A program made the position numbers and the translations under genes. A stretch of DNA of 64,000 nt from Candidatus Binatia bacterium (GTDB lineage Bacteria > Eisenbacteria > RBG-16-71-46 > SZUA-252), in assembly GCA_035631035.1 (NCBI GenBank), contig DASQJL010000076.1, positions 13,482 to 77,481 on the forward strand. Direction: 5' to 3'. This document shows, piece by piece, positions 35,719 to 51,582 of the stretch. The first letter of the stretch is position 1. Each line of letters starts with the position of its first letter. The notes under the pieces are model-generated. The model saw only the letters and a list, made by a program, of their open reading frames with translations. It did no database searches and was not told where the DNA came from.

Positions 35719-36580
35719 CGCCGCGCGCGCCATTCCGCTCGCCGCCGCAGCGCTCCTGCTCACGGGCGGGATGTCGGTGGCTCGAGCCTCGTGGCCTCCG
35801 CTCGCGCTTGTCAGCGGCTCCCCGGTGCTCGCCCAGGCCGCGATCGGCCCCGCCGACGCCACGATGGCGGCGGGCGGATCGGCCGCCGTCTCGACGGGAG
35901 CGGCCGCGGCCTCGGAGCGGCTCCGCCGCGCCGACGAGCAGCCGCGGAGGGGGGGCAAGAAGGCGGTGCTCCTCTCCCTGCTCCTTCCCGGCGCGGGAGA
36001 GATGTCGCTCGGCGCACGGGGCCGCGCGACGGGGTTCTTCATCGCGGAGGGGGCGATCTGGACCCATTTCGTCTGGTTTCAGGTCGCGGGTCATCTTCGA
36101 AAGGACAATTACATCGAGCAGGCGCAGCTTCACGCCGGCGTCGGCGTGAGCAGCGCGGACGACACCTATTGGAAGCTCCTCGGCCAGTATCAGACCTCGC
36201 AGGGAACCGGGCCCACCGCCTACGAAGAGGCGCTGCGCCGCGAGGCGCGGGACAACTTCCCGTCCGATCCGGCGGCTCAGGACGCGTACGTCGCGGAGCG
36301 GCTCCCCAGCGGCGATCGCGCGTGGTCGTGGAGCTCCGCGGACGCGCAGACGAGCTACCGGGCGACGCGCGAGAGCTCCCGCCGCGCCTTCGACCGCTCG
36401 AAGTATTCGATCGCGGCCGCCATCGCGAACCGTCTCCTGAGCGCCATCGACACCCAGATCGTCCGGGGGCGCTCCGGCGAGAGGCATTCGGCGCGCGAGG
36501 TCCCCGGCATTCCGCTCCTCCTCCTGGCCGACACCGCTCCCGACGGGAGCGGGCGACTCTACCTCACCCGATCGTTCTGA
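35696..36580 (+). CDS. secreted hypothetical protein, paralog B (294 aa); overlaps paralog A by 23 nt
   Basis: Signal peptide MRSGNSCSAARAIPLAAAALLLTGG…ARA-SW. Motif GKKAVLLSLLLPGAGEMSLGARGRATGFFIAEGAIW is homologous to paralog A. Confidence 0.45.
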   Translation: MRSGNSCSAARAIPLAAAALLLTGGMSVARASWPPLALVSGSPVLAQAAIGPADATMAAGGSAAVSTGAAAASERLRRADEQPRRGGKKAVLLSLLLPGAGEMSLGARGRATGFFIAEGAIWTHFVWFQVAGHLRKDNYIEQAQLHAGVGVSSADDTYWKLLGQYQTSQGTGPTAYEEALRREARDNFPSDPAAQDAYVAERLPSGDRAWSWSSADAQTSYRATRESSRRAFDRSKYSIAAAIANRLLSAIDTQIVRGRSGERHSAREVPGIPLLLLADTAPDGSGRLYLTRSF

Positions 36581-36591
36581 CGTTCGGCGCC

Positions 36592-37584
36592 GTGCGCGGC
36601 ACCGCCGCGGCGATCGCCGCCGCGACGCTGATCGCGGCGGGACCGGCGTCGCTTCCCGCGCGTGCCGCCGCGGCGCCCGCGATCCGCCAGGCCCCCGCCG
36701 GTCCTCCCGAAGTCCTCCGCACGGAGCGGATCTTCGACCGCGCCACGCTCGAATCGTGGGGCGTTCCGCGCCCCACGCGGCTCGCCTTCGACGGCGACGG
36801 AGCGCTCTACATTCTCGACGCCGGAAGGAGACGGCTGGTCAAGGTGGGGGAGGACGGCGCCCTGATCCACGACGTCGCGCTGAGCGGCGACGACCCCGCG
36901 TCCACGACGGAGCCCGCCGACGTCGTGGTGGACGCGCGCGGCTCGGCGCTGGTGCTGGACCGCGCCTCGGCGTCGGTCCTCGCGTACGACAAGAACGGCG
37001 CGCTTCTCGCGGCGCGACCGCTGGCCTCCGACCTCGCGGACGAAGCGCGCGATCCGCGTGCGGCCCTCGTCCAGGACTCCTTCGGAAGGCTGTGGCTTCT
37101 CGCCCCGCGCGAGCGCGACCTGATCCGGCTGGACGCTTCGCTCGCGCGCGAACGCGCGGGACGCTTCCTGACGCCCGACGATTCCGTCGGCACTCCGGGC
37201 GCCGTGGCCGCGACCCCGAACGGAGACCTGTGGATGGCCGACGCCGCCTCGGGCGCGCTCCGCCGTTTCCGCGCGAGCGGCGCCCTCGCGGGCGGCGCGG
37301 CGGGCGACTCGGCGGGGACGGGGCGCTACGCGGCGCTCGCCGTGGACGGCTCGGGCTACGTCTACGCGGCCGACGCCTCGAGGCAGCGGATCGTGGTCTT
37401 CGACCAGGACGGATCGCGCGTGATGGAGCGCGTGCTGGGGGGCGGGGAGCATGCGTGGCGGCCGTCGGCCATCACCTGGGGTGGGCGCGACCGTCTCGCC
37501 GCCGCCGACGCGGCGCGGGGCGAGGTGCAGATCTTCGCGCTCGAGCGCGGCGCCGGCCGGCCCTCCGGAGCGAGGGCCCCCTAG
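36592..37584 (+). CDS. secreted NHL-repeat beta-propeller-like protein (~330 aa, GTG start)
   Basis: Repeated YILDAGRRRLVKVGEDG / LVLDRASASVLAYDKNG / YVYAADASRQRIVVFDQDG blades typical of NHL repeats; signal-peptide-like N-terminus. Confidence 0.45.
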   Translation: MRGTAAAIAAATLIAAGPASLPARAAAAPAIRQAPAGPPEVLRTERIFDRATLESWGVPRPTRLAFDGDGALYILDAGRRRLVKVGEDGALIHDVALSGDDPASTTEPADVVVDARGSALVLDRASASVLAYDKNGALLAARPLASDLADEARDPRAALVQDSFGRLWLLAPRERDLIRLDASLARERAGRFLTPDDSVGTPGAVAATPNGDLWMADAASGALRRFRASGALAGGAAGDSAGTGRYAALAVDGSGYVYAADASRQRIVVFDQDGSRVMERVLGGGEHAWRPSAITWGGRDRLAAADAARGEVQIFALERGAGRPSGARAP

Positions 37585-40500
37585 GTGCGCGCGCGACGGC
37601 GACAGGGCGCCCGGTCCGTCGTCGCGTGCGCGATCGCGCGCGCGCGCGCCACTCTGGCCATCGCCGTCGCCGTCACGTGCGCGTGGGCGCCGCGCGTTCT
37701 CGCCTACCCGGTCGCCACCATCCATCCCGGCGGGGACGGCGCTCCCGAGGACAGCATCGTCCTCGAATTCCCGGTGCGCCGGGCGCCGAGTCTCCTCTCG
37801 CTCCGCGCCGTGGCGCCGCTCGCCACCATGGCTGCGAGCGCCGAGCCCGCCACCCTGCTGCGGCGGGACGCCGACCCGCTCGTCTCCGGATCGGGGGGAG
37901 CGGGCGGAGCGGGCGCCGGGGCGCAGGACGCGGCCGACCGGCAGGCCGACGCGCTCGTCGTGAGCGGCGCCAAGTCGTTCGCCGTCGAGATGGGGCGGAA
38001 TCGCGACGCGTCCCTCCACCAGACGCTGGACCTCACCCTTCGCGGCAAGGTGGCCGGCGACCTCGAGGTGGCCGCGACGCTGAGCGACCAGCGGCTCCCG
38101 TTCGAGCCCGACGGCTCGACGCGCGAGCTGGAGGATCTCGATCGCGTCTCCATCTCGCTGCGCGCGCCGCAGGGAGGCGCCACGCTGGGCGACTTCCGCC
38201 TGGAGGGGATTCCGGGCGAGTTCGCGAGCGTCACGCGCGCGCTCCAGGGGGTGCAGGGGGAGGCCAGGGTCGGGGGACTTCGCTGGGACGTCGCCGCCGC
38301 CAGCCCGAAAGGCGAGCGGCGCTCGCTGGAGTTCCGCGGCGAGGACGGGAAGCAGGGCCCCTACGCCCTCCTCGGGCGGGGCGCGGACGCCGACCTGGGC
38401 GGAATCGTCGCGGGATCGGAAACGGTATGGCTGGACGGCGTGAAGCTGCGCCGCGGCGCCGACCTCGACTACGTGATGGACTACGGAGCGGCCTCGCTCA
38501 CGTTCACCGTCCGCCATCCGGTCACCGCCGAGAGCCGGATCGCGGTCGACTTCGAAGGGGCGAACGGCCGCTATCGCCGCACCTTCTACGCCGCGACGAC
38601 GCGCCGGGAATGGGGCCGCGGGGGATGGTACGCCTCCTACCTGCGCGAGGGGGACGACGCGAAGAGCCCGCTGGGCGCGGCGCTCACGCCGGAGGATCGG
38701 ACCGCCCTGGGCGCGATGGGCGACTCGGCCACGACCACCCTTCCGAGCGGGGTGCGCTACGTCGGCGCCGGCGCCGGCACGTACGTGTGGGACGGGTCCG
38801 ATCCCAGCCGCGCGCACTGGCTCTGGCTGGGCCCGGCCCGAGGGGACTACGACGTGGAGTTCACGCCGGTCGGCGCCGGGCGCGGAAGCTACGCCGACAC
38901 GCTGGCCGCCGACGGGACGCGCTTCTACCGCTTCATGGGACCCACGCTCGGCACCTTCGAGCCCGGCCGCGCCCTCGCCGTCCCGCGCGAGAACGCGCTC
39001 ATGGACCTGGGGGGCGCCACGCGGATCGGAGCGCTCGCCCTCGAGGGAGAGGCCGCGCGCTCGGGCTTCGACCGGAACTCCCTCTCCTCGCGCGACGACG
39101 GCGACAACACCGGGGGCGCGGGCAGGCTGGCCGCCCGCCTCGACCCGCGCGCGATCCGGATCTTCGGCGCCCGACTCGGATCGGTGAGCGCGGCGGCATC
39201 CCTGCGCGCGCGCGACGCGCGCTTCTCCTCGCTCGACCGCACCGAGGGCGCGTTCGAGAACGAGCGCTGGAACCAGGCGCCCTCCACGGCAGGCGAGCGT
39301 CGCCAGGAGTTCTCGCTCGCGTACGACCCGGTCGCGGTCCTCGGCCTTCGCGGCGAGGCGGGGCTCCGCTCGCTGAGCGGAGGGTCGCGGGCGACGCGGC
39401 GGGCGGCGGTGCTCGAGGTGCGCTCCTTCCTTCCGGGCGCGGTGCGGTGGGACGAGGCGAGGAATCGCGGGCCGCTGGGCGACGGCCGGCGGTCGAAGTG
39501 GTCGCTCGATTTCGCCCGGGTCACGGGGCCGCTCCAGCCCCGGCTCTCCGTGGCCCTCGAGCGGATCGCGGGCCAGGAGGGGGACAGCGCCGACGCGAGG
39601 TCGAGCAGGCTCTGGAGCGCCGGCCTCGGATGGAGCCCGGGCGCCGCACTCCGCCTTCGCTCCTCGGTCGGTTGGAGGCGCGACGAGGCACGGATTCTCG
39701 GCGTGTCGAACGGAACCGAGGCGCGCACCTGGGAGGGGGGCGTGGCGGCGCGCGCGGGAGACGCGTTCCTGGCCGACGCGTCTTTCTCGCGGCGGCGCGT
39801 GGCGGGATCGAAGGGGCCGAGCGCGGCCGATCTGGCCCAGCTGGTCCTGACCGGCGGCCGCGCCGGCGGGCCCGTGAGCTCCGAGCTGCGCTACGACGTG
39901 ACCCAGCTCCGCGAGCCCGCGGTGACGCGGTCGCTGACCGCGGTGGGTACGGGAGCGGGCTCGTACGACGCCTATGGGAACGCGCAGCAGGGCGGGGGCT
40001 ACGAGCTGGTGTCGGGCGCGGGCGAGCCGGCGACGCGCTCGCGGGCCACCGTGCAGCTCCGGCTGGACGCCTATCCCGGGCGGAGCGCGCGCTCCGCGAA
40101 GAGCGCGCTCCGTCCCTTCGGCGCGAGCACCTTCTTCCGCCTGGAGACCCTCTCCTCGCTGCCGCTGGGCCGGCTGGAAACGATCGCGCGCCCCTCCGAC
40201 TACCTCGCGTCCGGCTCCACGCTGCGCGGAACCCTCGCCGCGCGCCAGAGCTTCGAGGTCGTGCCGCAGGGCTCGCGCTTCGAGGCGCGCCTGGAGGTGG
40301 GGACGAGCCGCGACGTGAGCGGCGAGCTGACGGGATTGGAGAGCCGGGGGCGCGGCATGGACGGCCGGTTGCGGGTGAAGCGCGTCCTCCCCCTGGGGCT
40401 CCGCGCCACGGCCACCGCCGATCTCTCGCGCAACGAGCAGGCGGTCGCGCGCGACGACGGGGCCGGGGTCTATGCGTCGCTGGTGCGCGGCCGCGGATAC

Positions 40501-40868
40501 GAGCTGGAGCTGGCGCGGGCGATCGGCGCGGTCTGGACCGCGTCACTCGTGTCCCGCCACCGCCGCGACGTCGACATGACGCGGGGCGGCTACCAGGATG
40601 CCTGGTCGGTGGGGCCCTCGGCGCGCTGCGCCGGCGCGCGTCTCCGGTTGGACGGGAGCGCCTCGTACGGCCGCCTGGACCAGCACGGGACCTACGCCCC
40701 GGCCGGCCGCTACCTGATCGCGCCGCTCGGGCCGCGCGTGGACGTGGACCTCCTGGGCGAGTATCGCGCGGGGGACCGGATCTCCCTGTCGCTCGGATGG
40801 AACGGCTCGCAGGTCGAGGGGCGCCCCACGACCTACACGGGCCGGTTCGAGCTGAGGAGCAGCTTCTG

Positions 40869-40869
<1 letters not shown>
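37585..40869 (+). CDS. 1094-aa secreted/outer-membrane protein; candidate TamB/AsmA-like or giant beta-barrel protein; function unknown
   Basis: GTG follows the upstream stop directly (TAGGTG). N-terminal signal or signal-anchor. Extensive amphipathic beta-strand pattern. C-terminus …YTGRFELRSSF ends in Phe (OMP beta-signal-like). Its stop overlaps the start of the downstream Omp85 gene (ATGA). Confidence 0.5.
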
Positions 40870-44802
<3,933 letters not shown>

Positions 44803-44832
44803 GCTATCGCCATCCATGACGAGTCCCCTCCC

Positions 44833-46929
44833 GTGCCGGTGACCACGGCCCAGCACTCCCGCTCCGAAGCCGTCCTGGCCGCCTTCGCGCTCCTTTCGCG
44901 CGAGAGGGGGTTCGAGCGCCGCGAGGGGCAGCTCGAGATGGCCGCCCGCTGGAGCGAGGCGCTCGAGCGCGGGGGGACCCTCGCGGTCGAGGCGCCGACC
45001 GGCATCGGGAAGTCGCTCGCCTATCTCATCCCCGCCATCGAGCACCGCGCGAGCGGTTCGGGGCCGATCCTCGTGAGCACGCACACCAAGGCCCTGCAAG
45101 ATCAGCTGGTGCGCGCCGACGCCCCGCTCGCGCTCGCGGCGACCGGCGCGCGCCTCCGGGTCATGGCGCTTCTCGGGCGCGCGTCGTACCTCTGCCGCCG
45201 CCGAGCCCAGTCGAGACTGGCGCAGCGAAGGCTGTTCGCCGCGGACGAGGCGGGGCACCGGCTGGACGACCGCACGCTCGCCGACCTCGAGGCGTGGATC
45301 GCGGAGACGACGACCGGAGTGCTGGACGAGCTTCCCGCGCTGGGCATCCACGCCCATCCGGCGCTTCTCGCCGACATCGCCTCCGATCCCTTCGTCTGCT
45401 CCGGCTCCTCCTGCGAGGCTCCGACCGGCTGCTTCGCCAAGGCCGCGCGCCGGGAGGCCCGGCGCGCCGACCTCGTCGTCGTGAACCACGCGCTCCTGCT
45501 CGCCGATCCGGGCCTGCGCGGCACGCTCCTCGCCGAGTCGGGGGCGCTGATCCTGGACGAGGCGCACCACCTCGAACGCGTCGCCCGGGAGCAGCGCGGC
45601 GTCTCGCTGGGGGCGCAGGATCTGGCGCGTCTCGCCGCGCGCACCGACGCGAAGACCGGCGCGCTCCGCCTGCTGGCGCGCGCGCTTCGGCGCGGCCCCC
45701 GGGGCGCGGCGGCCGCCGCGGCGCTGGCCGAGGCCGACCGCGCGCTCCGCCCGGTGCTGGCCAGCGCGGCGGAGATGGCGCGCGACCTGGAATCGATGCT
45801 GCCGCCGGGCGTGACCGCGGCCCTCTGGCCCCGCGGCGTCGATCTCGCCCGCGTGAGCCCGCTCGCGGTGGATCGCTGCCTCGCCGCCATGGGGGAGCTG
45901 ATCCGCAGGCTCGAAGCCGCGGTGGACGCCGCAGAATCCGACGAGCGGGACGCGCTCCGGCCGGGCCCGACGGCGGACGACGCGCTCGACGAGACGCGCG
46001 GGCGGCTCGCACGCTGGATCGAGGCGGACCAGGCGCTCCGCGCGGTGCTTCGCCTCGAGGATCGCGAGGTGGCGTCCTACCTCGATCGCGACGAGCGGGG
46101 CGGCGCGCGCCTGAACCGCAGGCCGCTCGAGGTGGGGAGCGCGCTGCGCGATTCGATCTTCGCCCTCTCGGAACGGACCCTCCTCACGTCGGCCACGCTC
46201 GCGCCCACGAGCGACGTGGCCCGTGCGGCCGCATCGCTGGGACTGCAGGCCGACGAGGTCGAGGCGATCCGTCTCCCCTCTCCCTTTCCGCTCGAGCGCC
46301 AGATGGCGACGCTCGCGCTGGACGGTCCCGAGCCCAACGATGCGGGCTTCACGCGCGCGCTCGCGGCGCTCGTCACGCGGCTCGCGACGACGCTCCGGCG
46401 GAACACGCTCGTCCTCCTCACCTCCTACCAGATGCTGGAGGACGTGGCCGCGCGCGTCCGGCCGGCGCTGGAAGAGGCCGGCATTCCGCTGTACGCCCAG
46501 GTTCCGGGCGAGGCGGCCGGGCCGCTCGCCCGCGCGTTCCGGAAGGGCGGCGGAGCGGTGCTCCTCGGCACGGCGTCCTTCTGGGAGGGGGTCGACTTTC
46601 CGGGCGAGGCGCTCGAGGTGCTCGTGATCGCGCGGCTCCCTTTCGCGGTGCCGAGCGATCCGGTCGTGGCCGCGCGCTCGGAGCGGATCGTGGAGTCCGG
46701 CGGCGACCCGTTCCGCGATCTGGCGCTGCCCGAGGCGCTGCTCCGCTTCCGCCAGGGGATCGGCCGGCTCATCCGCACGGCCGAGGACAGGGGCGCCGCC
46801 GTGATCGCCGATCCGCGCATCGTCCGCTCGTGGTACGGGGAGCGCTTCCAGGCCGTGCTCCCGATGCCCCCGCGCGTGGTGCGGAGCCCGGAGGAAGCCG
46901 CCACGCTCCTCGAACGGTGGTTTACGTGA
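44833..46929 (+). CDS. DinG/Rad3-family ATP-dependent DNA helicase (698 aa, GTG start)
   Basis: Walker A APTGIGKSLAYLIP, DEAH box (LILDEAHHLE), helicase C-terminal motifs. Confidence 0.75.
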   Translation: MPVTTAQHSRSEAVLAAFALLSRERGFERREGQLEMAARWSEALERGGTLAVEAPTGIGKSLAYLIPAIEHRASGSGPILVSTHTKALQDQLVRADAPLALAATGARLRVMALLGRASYLCRRRAQSRLAQRRLFAADEAGHRLDDRTLADLEAWIAETTTGVLDELPALGIHAHPALLADIASDPFVCSGSSCEAPTGCFAKAARREARRADLVVVNHALLLADPGLRGTLLAESGALILDEAHHLERVAREQRGVSLGAQDLARLAARTDAKTGALRLLARALRRGPRGAAAAAALAEADRALRPVLASAAEMARDLESMLPPGVTAALWPRGVDLARVSPLAVDRCLAAMGELIRRLEAAVDAAESDERDALRPGPTADDALDETRGRLARWIEADQALRAVLRLEDREVASYLDRDERGGARLNRRPLEVGSALRDSIFALSERTLLTSATLAPTSDVARAAASLGLQADEVEAIRLPSPFPLERQMATLALDGPEPNDAGFTRALAALVTRLATTLRRNTLVLLTSYQMLEDVAARVRPALEEAGIPLYAQVPGEAAGPLARAFRKGGGAVLLGTASFWEGVDFPGEALEVLVIARLPFAVPSDPVVAARSERIVESGGDPFRDLALPEALLRFRQGIGRLIRTAEDRGAAVIADPRIVRSWYGERFQAVLPMPPRVVRSPEEAATLLERWFT

Positions 46930-48482
46930 GCCCGGCCCGCGCCGAAGCGCCGGCCGCCGCGCCGGCCCGCGTCCTGGTGGGCGGGGCGCCGCTCGGCCTG
47001 GCCGAGCTTCGCGCGATCGCTGCGGGCGCTCCTGTGGCGCTCGCGCCCGGGGTCGCGGCGCGCGTCGCTCCCTCGCGCGCGCTGATCGACGACGCGCTGC
47101 GGCAGCATCGCGCGGTCTACGGCGTGAACACCGGCTTCGGCGCGCTCCAGTCGGAGCGCGTCTCCGACGCCGACCTGGAACAGCTGCAGCTGAATCTGCT
47201 CCGGAGCCACGCGGCGGGCTACGGCGAGGAACTCGAGCCCGCGGCGGTGCGGCTCATGCTGGCGCTCCGGGCGCATTCCCTCGCCCAGGGGATGAGCGGG
47301 GTGCGTTTCGAGCTGATCGAGCGCCTCGCGGCACTCCTCGCGCAGGGCATCCTTCCGGTCGTCCCGAGCCGGGGCTCGCTGGGCGCGAGCGGCGACCTGA
47401 TCCCGCTCGCCCACCTTGCCCTCGTGCTCGTGGGGGAGGGAGAGGCGCGCCGGGAAGGGCGCGCCTCGGCTGCGGCCGAGCACCTGCGCGCGGCCGGGCT
47501 CCGGCCGCTCACGCTCCAGGCGAAGGAGGGGCTCGCCCTGATCAACGGCACCCAGGCCTCCGCCGCGCTCGGCGCGCTCGCGCTCGCCGAGTCGTTCGAG
47601 ACGCTGCGGGCCGCGCACGCCGCGTGCGCCCTCACGGTGGACGCGATGCGCGCGAGCGTGAAGCCGTTCGGCGAAGAGGTGCAGCGCGCCCGGCCGCACG
47701 CGGGGCAGGCCGCGTCGGCGGCGGCGGTGCGCCGGCTCCTCGAGGGGAGCGGCATCCTCGCCTCCCACGCCGACTGCCCTCGGGTGCAGGATCCCTACTC
47801 GCTCCGCTGCGCGCCGCAGGTGCTGGGCGCGTCGATCCAGGCGGTGCGCTACGCGCGCGACGTGCTGGTCACCGAGGTGAACAGCGTGACCGACAACCCG
47901 CTCGTCGTCCCGGAGAGCGGGACGATCGTCTCGGCGGGGAATTTCCACGGGCAGCCGCTCGCGCAGGCTCTGGATTTTCTCGCGATCGGGATGGCCGAGG
48001 CGGGCGCGATCGCCGAGCGCCGGACGTTCCTGCTCCTCGACGCGGCCAAGAGCGGTCTTCCTCCCTTCCTGAGCCGCGACGCGGGACTTACCTCGGGACT
48101 CATGATCGTGCAGTATCTTCAGGCCGCGCTCGTCTCCGAGAACAAGATGCTGGCGCAGCCCGCCAGCGTGGACTCGATTCCCACCTCCGCGGGGCAGGAA
48201 GATCACGTGAGCATGGCCATGCACGCGGCGGTCAAGGGGCTGGCCCTCGTCCGGAACGTGCGCCGGATCGTCGCGGCCGAGCTTCTCTGCGCCGCGCAGG
48301 GGATCGACCTGTTACGACCCCTCCGATCGAGCGCGCCGCTCGAGGCGCTTCACGCGGGCGTGCGGGAGCGGGTGGCGCCGCTCACGGGAGACCGGCGGCA
48401 GGACGGCGATCTGGCGGCGCTGGACGCATGGATCGCCGAAGGCGGGGCGGCGGACACGGCCGGGGTGGCATCCTTCGAATGA
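46926..48482 (+). CDS. hutH: histidine ammonia-lyase
   Basis: MIO-forming GSLGASGDL motif and full-length HAL homology. GTG overlaps the dinG-like stop (GTGA). Confidence 0.9.
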   Translation: MSPARAEAPAAAPARVLVGGAPLGLAELRAIAAGAPVALAPGVAARVAPSRALIDDALRQHRAVYGVNTGFGALQSERVSDADLEQLQLNLLRSHAAGYGEELEPAAVRLMLALRAHSLAQGMSGVRFELIERLAALLAQGILPVVPSRGSLGASGDLIPLAHLALVLVGEGEARREGRASAAAEHLRAAGLRPLTLQAKEGLALINGTQASAALGALALAESFETLRAAHAACALTVDAMRASVKPFGEEVQRARPHAGQAASAAAVRRLLEGSGILASHADCPRVQDPYSLRCAPQVLGASIQAVRYARDVLVTEVNSVTDNPLVVPESGTIVSAGNFHGQPLAQALDFLAIGMAEAGAIAERRTFLLLDAAKSGLPPFLSRDAGLTSGLMIVQYLQAALVSENKMLAQPASVDSIPTSAGQEDHVSMAMHAAVKGLALVRNVRRIVAAELLCAAQGIDLLRPLRSSAPLEALHAGVRERVAPLTGDRRQDGDLAALDAWIAEGGAADTAGVASFE

Positions 48483-48530
48483 GTGGCCCCGCCGCCGAAG
48501 GCGGCGGGAGTTCTGGGTGAGGAGACGGCG

Positions 48531-50243
48531 ATGAATCCGACGAACGTACAGCTGCCCGCGGATCCGCTCCGGGGGACGCCCCCCGACGAGCCGGTGCGCG
48601 CCCCGCGCGGCACGACGCGCTCGTGCCAGGGGTGGCACCAGGAAGCCGCGCTCCGGATGTTGATGAACAACCTGGACCCCGAGGTGGCCGAGCGGCCGCA
48701 AGACCTGGTGGTCTACGGTGGCACGGGACGGGCGGCGCGCTCCTGGCCCGCGTTCCACGCCATCGTGCGGTCGCTTCGGTCGCTGGCCGACGACGAGACG
48801 CTGCTCGTCCAGTCGGGGAAGCCGGTCGGCATCGTGAAGACCCATCCCGAGGCGCCGCGCGTTCTCATCGCCAACTCGCTCCTCGTTCCGAAATGGGCGG
48901 ACTGGGACACCTTCCGCGAGCTCGAGGCGCAGGGGCTCACGATGTACGGGCAGATGACCGCGGGGTCCTGGATCTACATCGGCACGCAGGGAATCCTCCA
49001 GGGCACCTTCGAGACCTTCGCGGAGGCGGCCCGCCAGCGCTTCGGCGGCTCGTTGCGCGGACGCTGGACGCTCACGGCGGGACTGGGCGGGATGGGCGGC
49101 GCGCAGCCGCTCGCGGTCACGATGAACGAGGGGATCTGCCTCGCGGTCGAAGTGGATCCCGAGCGCGTGGACCGGAGGCTCCAGACGCGCTATCTCGACC
49201 GGGCGACCGCCTCGATCGACGAGGCCCTCCGCTGGGTCGAGGAGGCGGTGCGAGCGAAGAGCGCGCTCTCGATCGGGCTCGTGGGGAACGCCGCCGACGT
49301 GCTGCCGGCGCTGGCCGCGCGGGGGGCACGCCCCGACCTGGTCACCGACCAGACCTCGGCGCATGACGAATTGAACGGCTACGTCCCGGGCGGGATGGCG
49401 CTCGCCGACGCGCTTCGCCTTCGCGCCGAGAAGCCGAAGGAGTACGTCGCGCGCTCGGTCGAATCGATGGGGCGCCACGTGCGCGCCATGCGCGCCTTCC
49501 AGGATGCGGGCTCGGTCACGTTCGACTACGGCAACAACCTGCGCGCGCAGGCGGTGAAGGCCGGCGTCGCCGACGCCTTCCAGATCCCGGGCTTCGTGCC
49601 GGAGTTCATCCGGCCGCTCTTCTGCCGGGGGAAGGGGCCGTTCCGCTGGGTCGCGCTCTCCGGAAATCCACGGGACATCGCCGCGACCGACCAGGCGGTG
49701 CTCGAGACCTTCCCCGAAGACGAATCGCTCCGCCGCTGGATCCGCCTCGCGTCGGAGCGGGTGCAGTTCCAGGGGCTTCCGGCGCGGATCTGCTGGCTGG
49801 GCATGGGCGAGCGCGAGCGCTTCGGCGCGGCACTCCATCGGCTGGTGGAGCGCGGGCTGGTCGAAGCGCCGATCGTGATCGGCCGCGACCATCTCGACTG
49901 CGGCTCGGTCGCCTCGCCCTACCGCGAGACGGAGGCGATGCGCGATGGAAGCGATGCCATCGCCGACTGGCCGATCCTCAACGCCCTGGTGAACGCCGTC
50001 TCGGGCGCCTCGTGGGTGTCGGTGCACCACGGCGGCGGCGTGGGGATCGGCAACTCGATCCACGCCGGCGTCGTCATGGTCGCCGACGGCACACCATCGG
50101 GGCTGGCGCGCCTCCGCCGCGTGCTCACCAACGATCCGGCGATGGGCGTCTTCCGCCACGCGGACGCGGGCTATCCCGATGCCTTGGAAACGGCGAAGAA
50201 GAACCGCCTTTCCATCCCCGGGGCGTCCCCCCGCACATCGTGA
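48531..50243 (+). CDS. hutU: urocanate hydratase
   Basis: …[26 protein letters not shown]…[14 protein letters not shown]… is the canonical urocanase N-terminus; full length. Confidence 0.9.
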   Translation: MNPTNVQLPADPLRGTPPDEPVRAPRGTTRSCQGWHQEAALRMLMNNLDPEVAERPQDLVVYGGTGRAARSWPAFHAIVRSLRSLADDETLLVQSGKPVGIVKTHPEAPRVLIANSLLVPKWADWDTFRELEAQGLTMYGQMTAGSWIYIGTQGILQGTFETFAEAARQRFGGSLRGRWTLTAGLGGMGGAQPLAVTMNEGICLAVEVDPERVDRRLQTRYLDRATASIDEALRWVEEAVRAKSALSIGLVGNAADVLPALAARGARPDLVTDQTSAHDELNGYVPGGMALADALRLRAEKPKEYVARSVESMGRHVRAMRAFQDAGSVTFDYGNNLRAQAVKAGVADAFQIPGFVPEFIRPLFCRGKGPFRWVALSGNPRDIAATDQAVLETFPEDESLRRWIRLASERVQFQGLPARICWLGMGERERFGAALHRLVERGLVEAPIVIGRDHLDCGSVASPYRETEAMRDGSDAIADWPILNALVNAVSGASWVSVHHGGGVGIGNSIHAGVVMVADGTPSGLARLRRVLTNDPAMGVFRHADAGYPDALETAKKNRLSIPGASPRTS

Positions 50244-51517
50244 GGAGCGACCTGCTCGTCCTCGGGGCGGCCCAGCTCCTGACCGCTCCCGAGGGATCGG
50301 GGCCGCTCCGCGGCGAAGACCTCGACCGGCCGCTGCTCCTCGATGACGCGGCGATCGCCTGCGTGGACGGGCGCATCGCCGCCTTCGGCCCCACCGCCGA
50401 CGTGGCCGCGCGCTTTCCGGAGCGGGAGGCGGCCGAGGTGCTCGACGGCTCGGGCTGTCTCGTCGCGCCCGGGTTCGTGGACGCCCACACCCATCTCCCC
50501 TTCGCGGGCACCCGCGAGAACGAGTTCGACGCGCGCGCGCGCGGCGAGCGCTACGAGGCGATCGCCGCCCAGGGCGGCGGGATCCGGGCGAGCGCGCGGC
50601 AGCTCCGCGCCTGCTCCGAGGAGCGGCTCGCGGAGCTGGTGTCCGGCCGGCTCCGCGAGCTCCTGGCGGAGGGAACCACCACCGTCGAGGCGAAGAGCGG
50701 CTACGGGCTCGCCACGTCCGAAGAGCGAAAGCAGCTGCGCGCCCTCGCCCGGGCCGCCGCCCACGACGGCGTGGAGATCGTTCCCACCTTCCTGGGCGCG
50801 CACGACGTTCCCGACGATTATCGCGACCGCCGCGGCGACTACGTCACGCTCCTCATCGAGGAGATGATCCCCACTGTCGCCGCCGAGGGGCTCGCCCGCT
50901 TCTGCGACGTCTGGTGCGATCGCGGCGTGTTCACCGTGGAGGAGTCGCGGCGCATCCTCGCGGCGGGTCGCGAGCGCGGCCTGTTGCCCAAGCTCCACGC
51001 CGACGAGCTGGGCGATGCCGGCGGTGCGGCGCTCGCGGCCGAGGTCGCCGCCGTCTCCGCCGATCACCTGCTCTGCGCCAGCGACCCGGGCCTCCGCGCG
51101 ATGGCCGGGGCGGGCGTGATCGCGGTGCTCCTGCCGGGCACCGCGCTGACCCTGGGGCTTCCCTACGCCCGCGCCCGCGACATGATCGCCATGGGCGTGC
51201 CGGTCGCGCTCGCCACCGACTTCAATCCGGGGAGCACCTTCTCCTCGTCGATGCCGCTCATGCTCACGCTCGCGGTGACGCAGATGCGCCTCACGCCGGC
51301 CGAGGCATGGATGGCCGCCACCGCCAACGCCGCGGAAGCGGTCGCGGAGGGGCGGAGGCTGGGGCGGATCGCCCCCGGCTGGCAGGCCGATTTCGTCCTC
51401 TACGACGCCCCCGATTATCGGCATATTCCTTACCACTACGGCCGGAACCACGCGCGGGCCACCGTGAAGCGGGGGAAGGTGGTCCATCGCCGCGCCGACC
51501 CCTCGATCTGCCATTAA
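50240..51517 (+). CDS. hutI: imidazolonepropionase
   Basis: Amidohydrolase metal ligands ([24 protein letters not shown]). GTG overlaps the hutU stop (GTGA). Confidence 0.85.
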   Translation: MRSDLLVLGAAQLLTAPEGSGPLRGEDLDRPLLLDDAAIACVDGRIAAFGPTADVAARFPEREAAEVLDGSGCLVAPGFVDAHTHLPFAGTRENEFDARARGERYEAIAAQGGGIRASARQLRACSEERLAELVSGRLRELLAEGTTTVEAKSGYGLATSEERKQLRALARAAAHDGVEIVPTFLGAHDVPDDYRDRRGDYVTLLIEEMIPTVAAEGLARFCDVWCDRGVFTVEESRRILAAGRERGLLPKLHADELGDAGGAALAAEVAAVSADHLLCASDPGLRAMAGAGVIAVLLPGTALTLGLPYARARDMIAMGVPVALATDFNPGSTFSSSMPLMLTLAVTQMRLTPAEAWMAATANAAEAVAEGRRLGRIAPGWQADFVLYDAPDYRHIPYHYGRNHARATVKRGKVVHRRADPSICH

Positions 51518-51528
51518 GAAACTCGAGT

Positions 51529-51551
51529 AAGCGGCGGCCACTGCGCCGCTT
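51529..51551 (+). terminator. hairpin AAGCGGCG-gccactg-CGCCGCTT between hutI and ftcD (possible partial terminator/attenuator)
   Basis: Perfect 8-bp stem with 7-nt loop 12 nt after the hutI stop; no U-tract. Confidence 0.3.
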
Positions 51552-51582
51552 GGATCCCCCAAGCCAACGACCAGGAGAGGGC

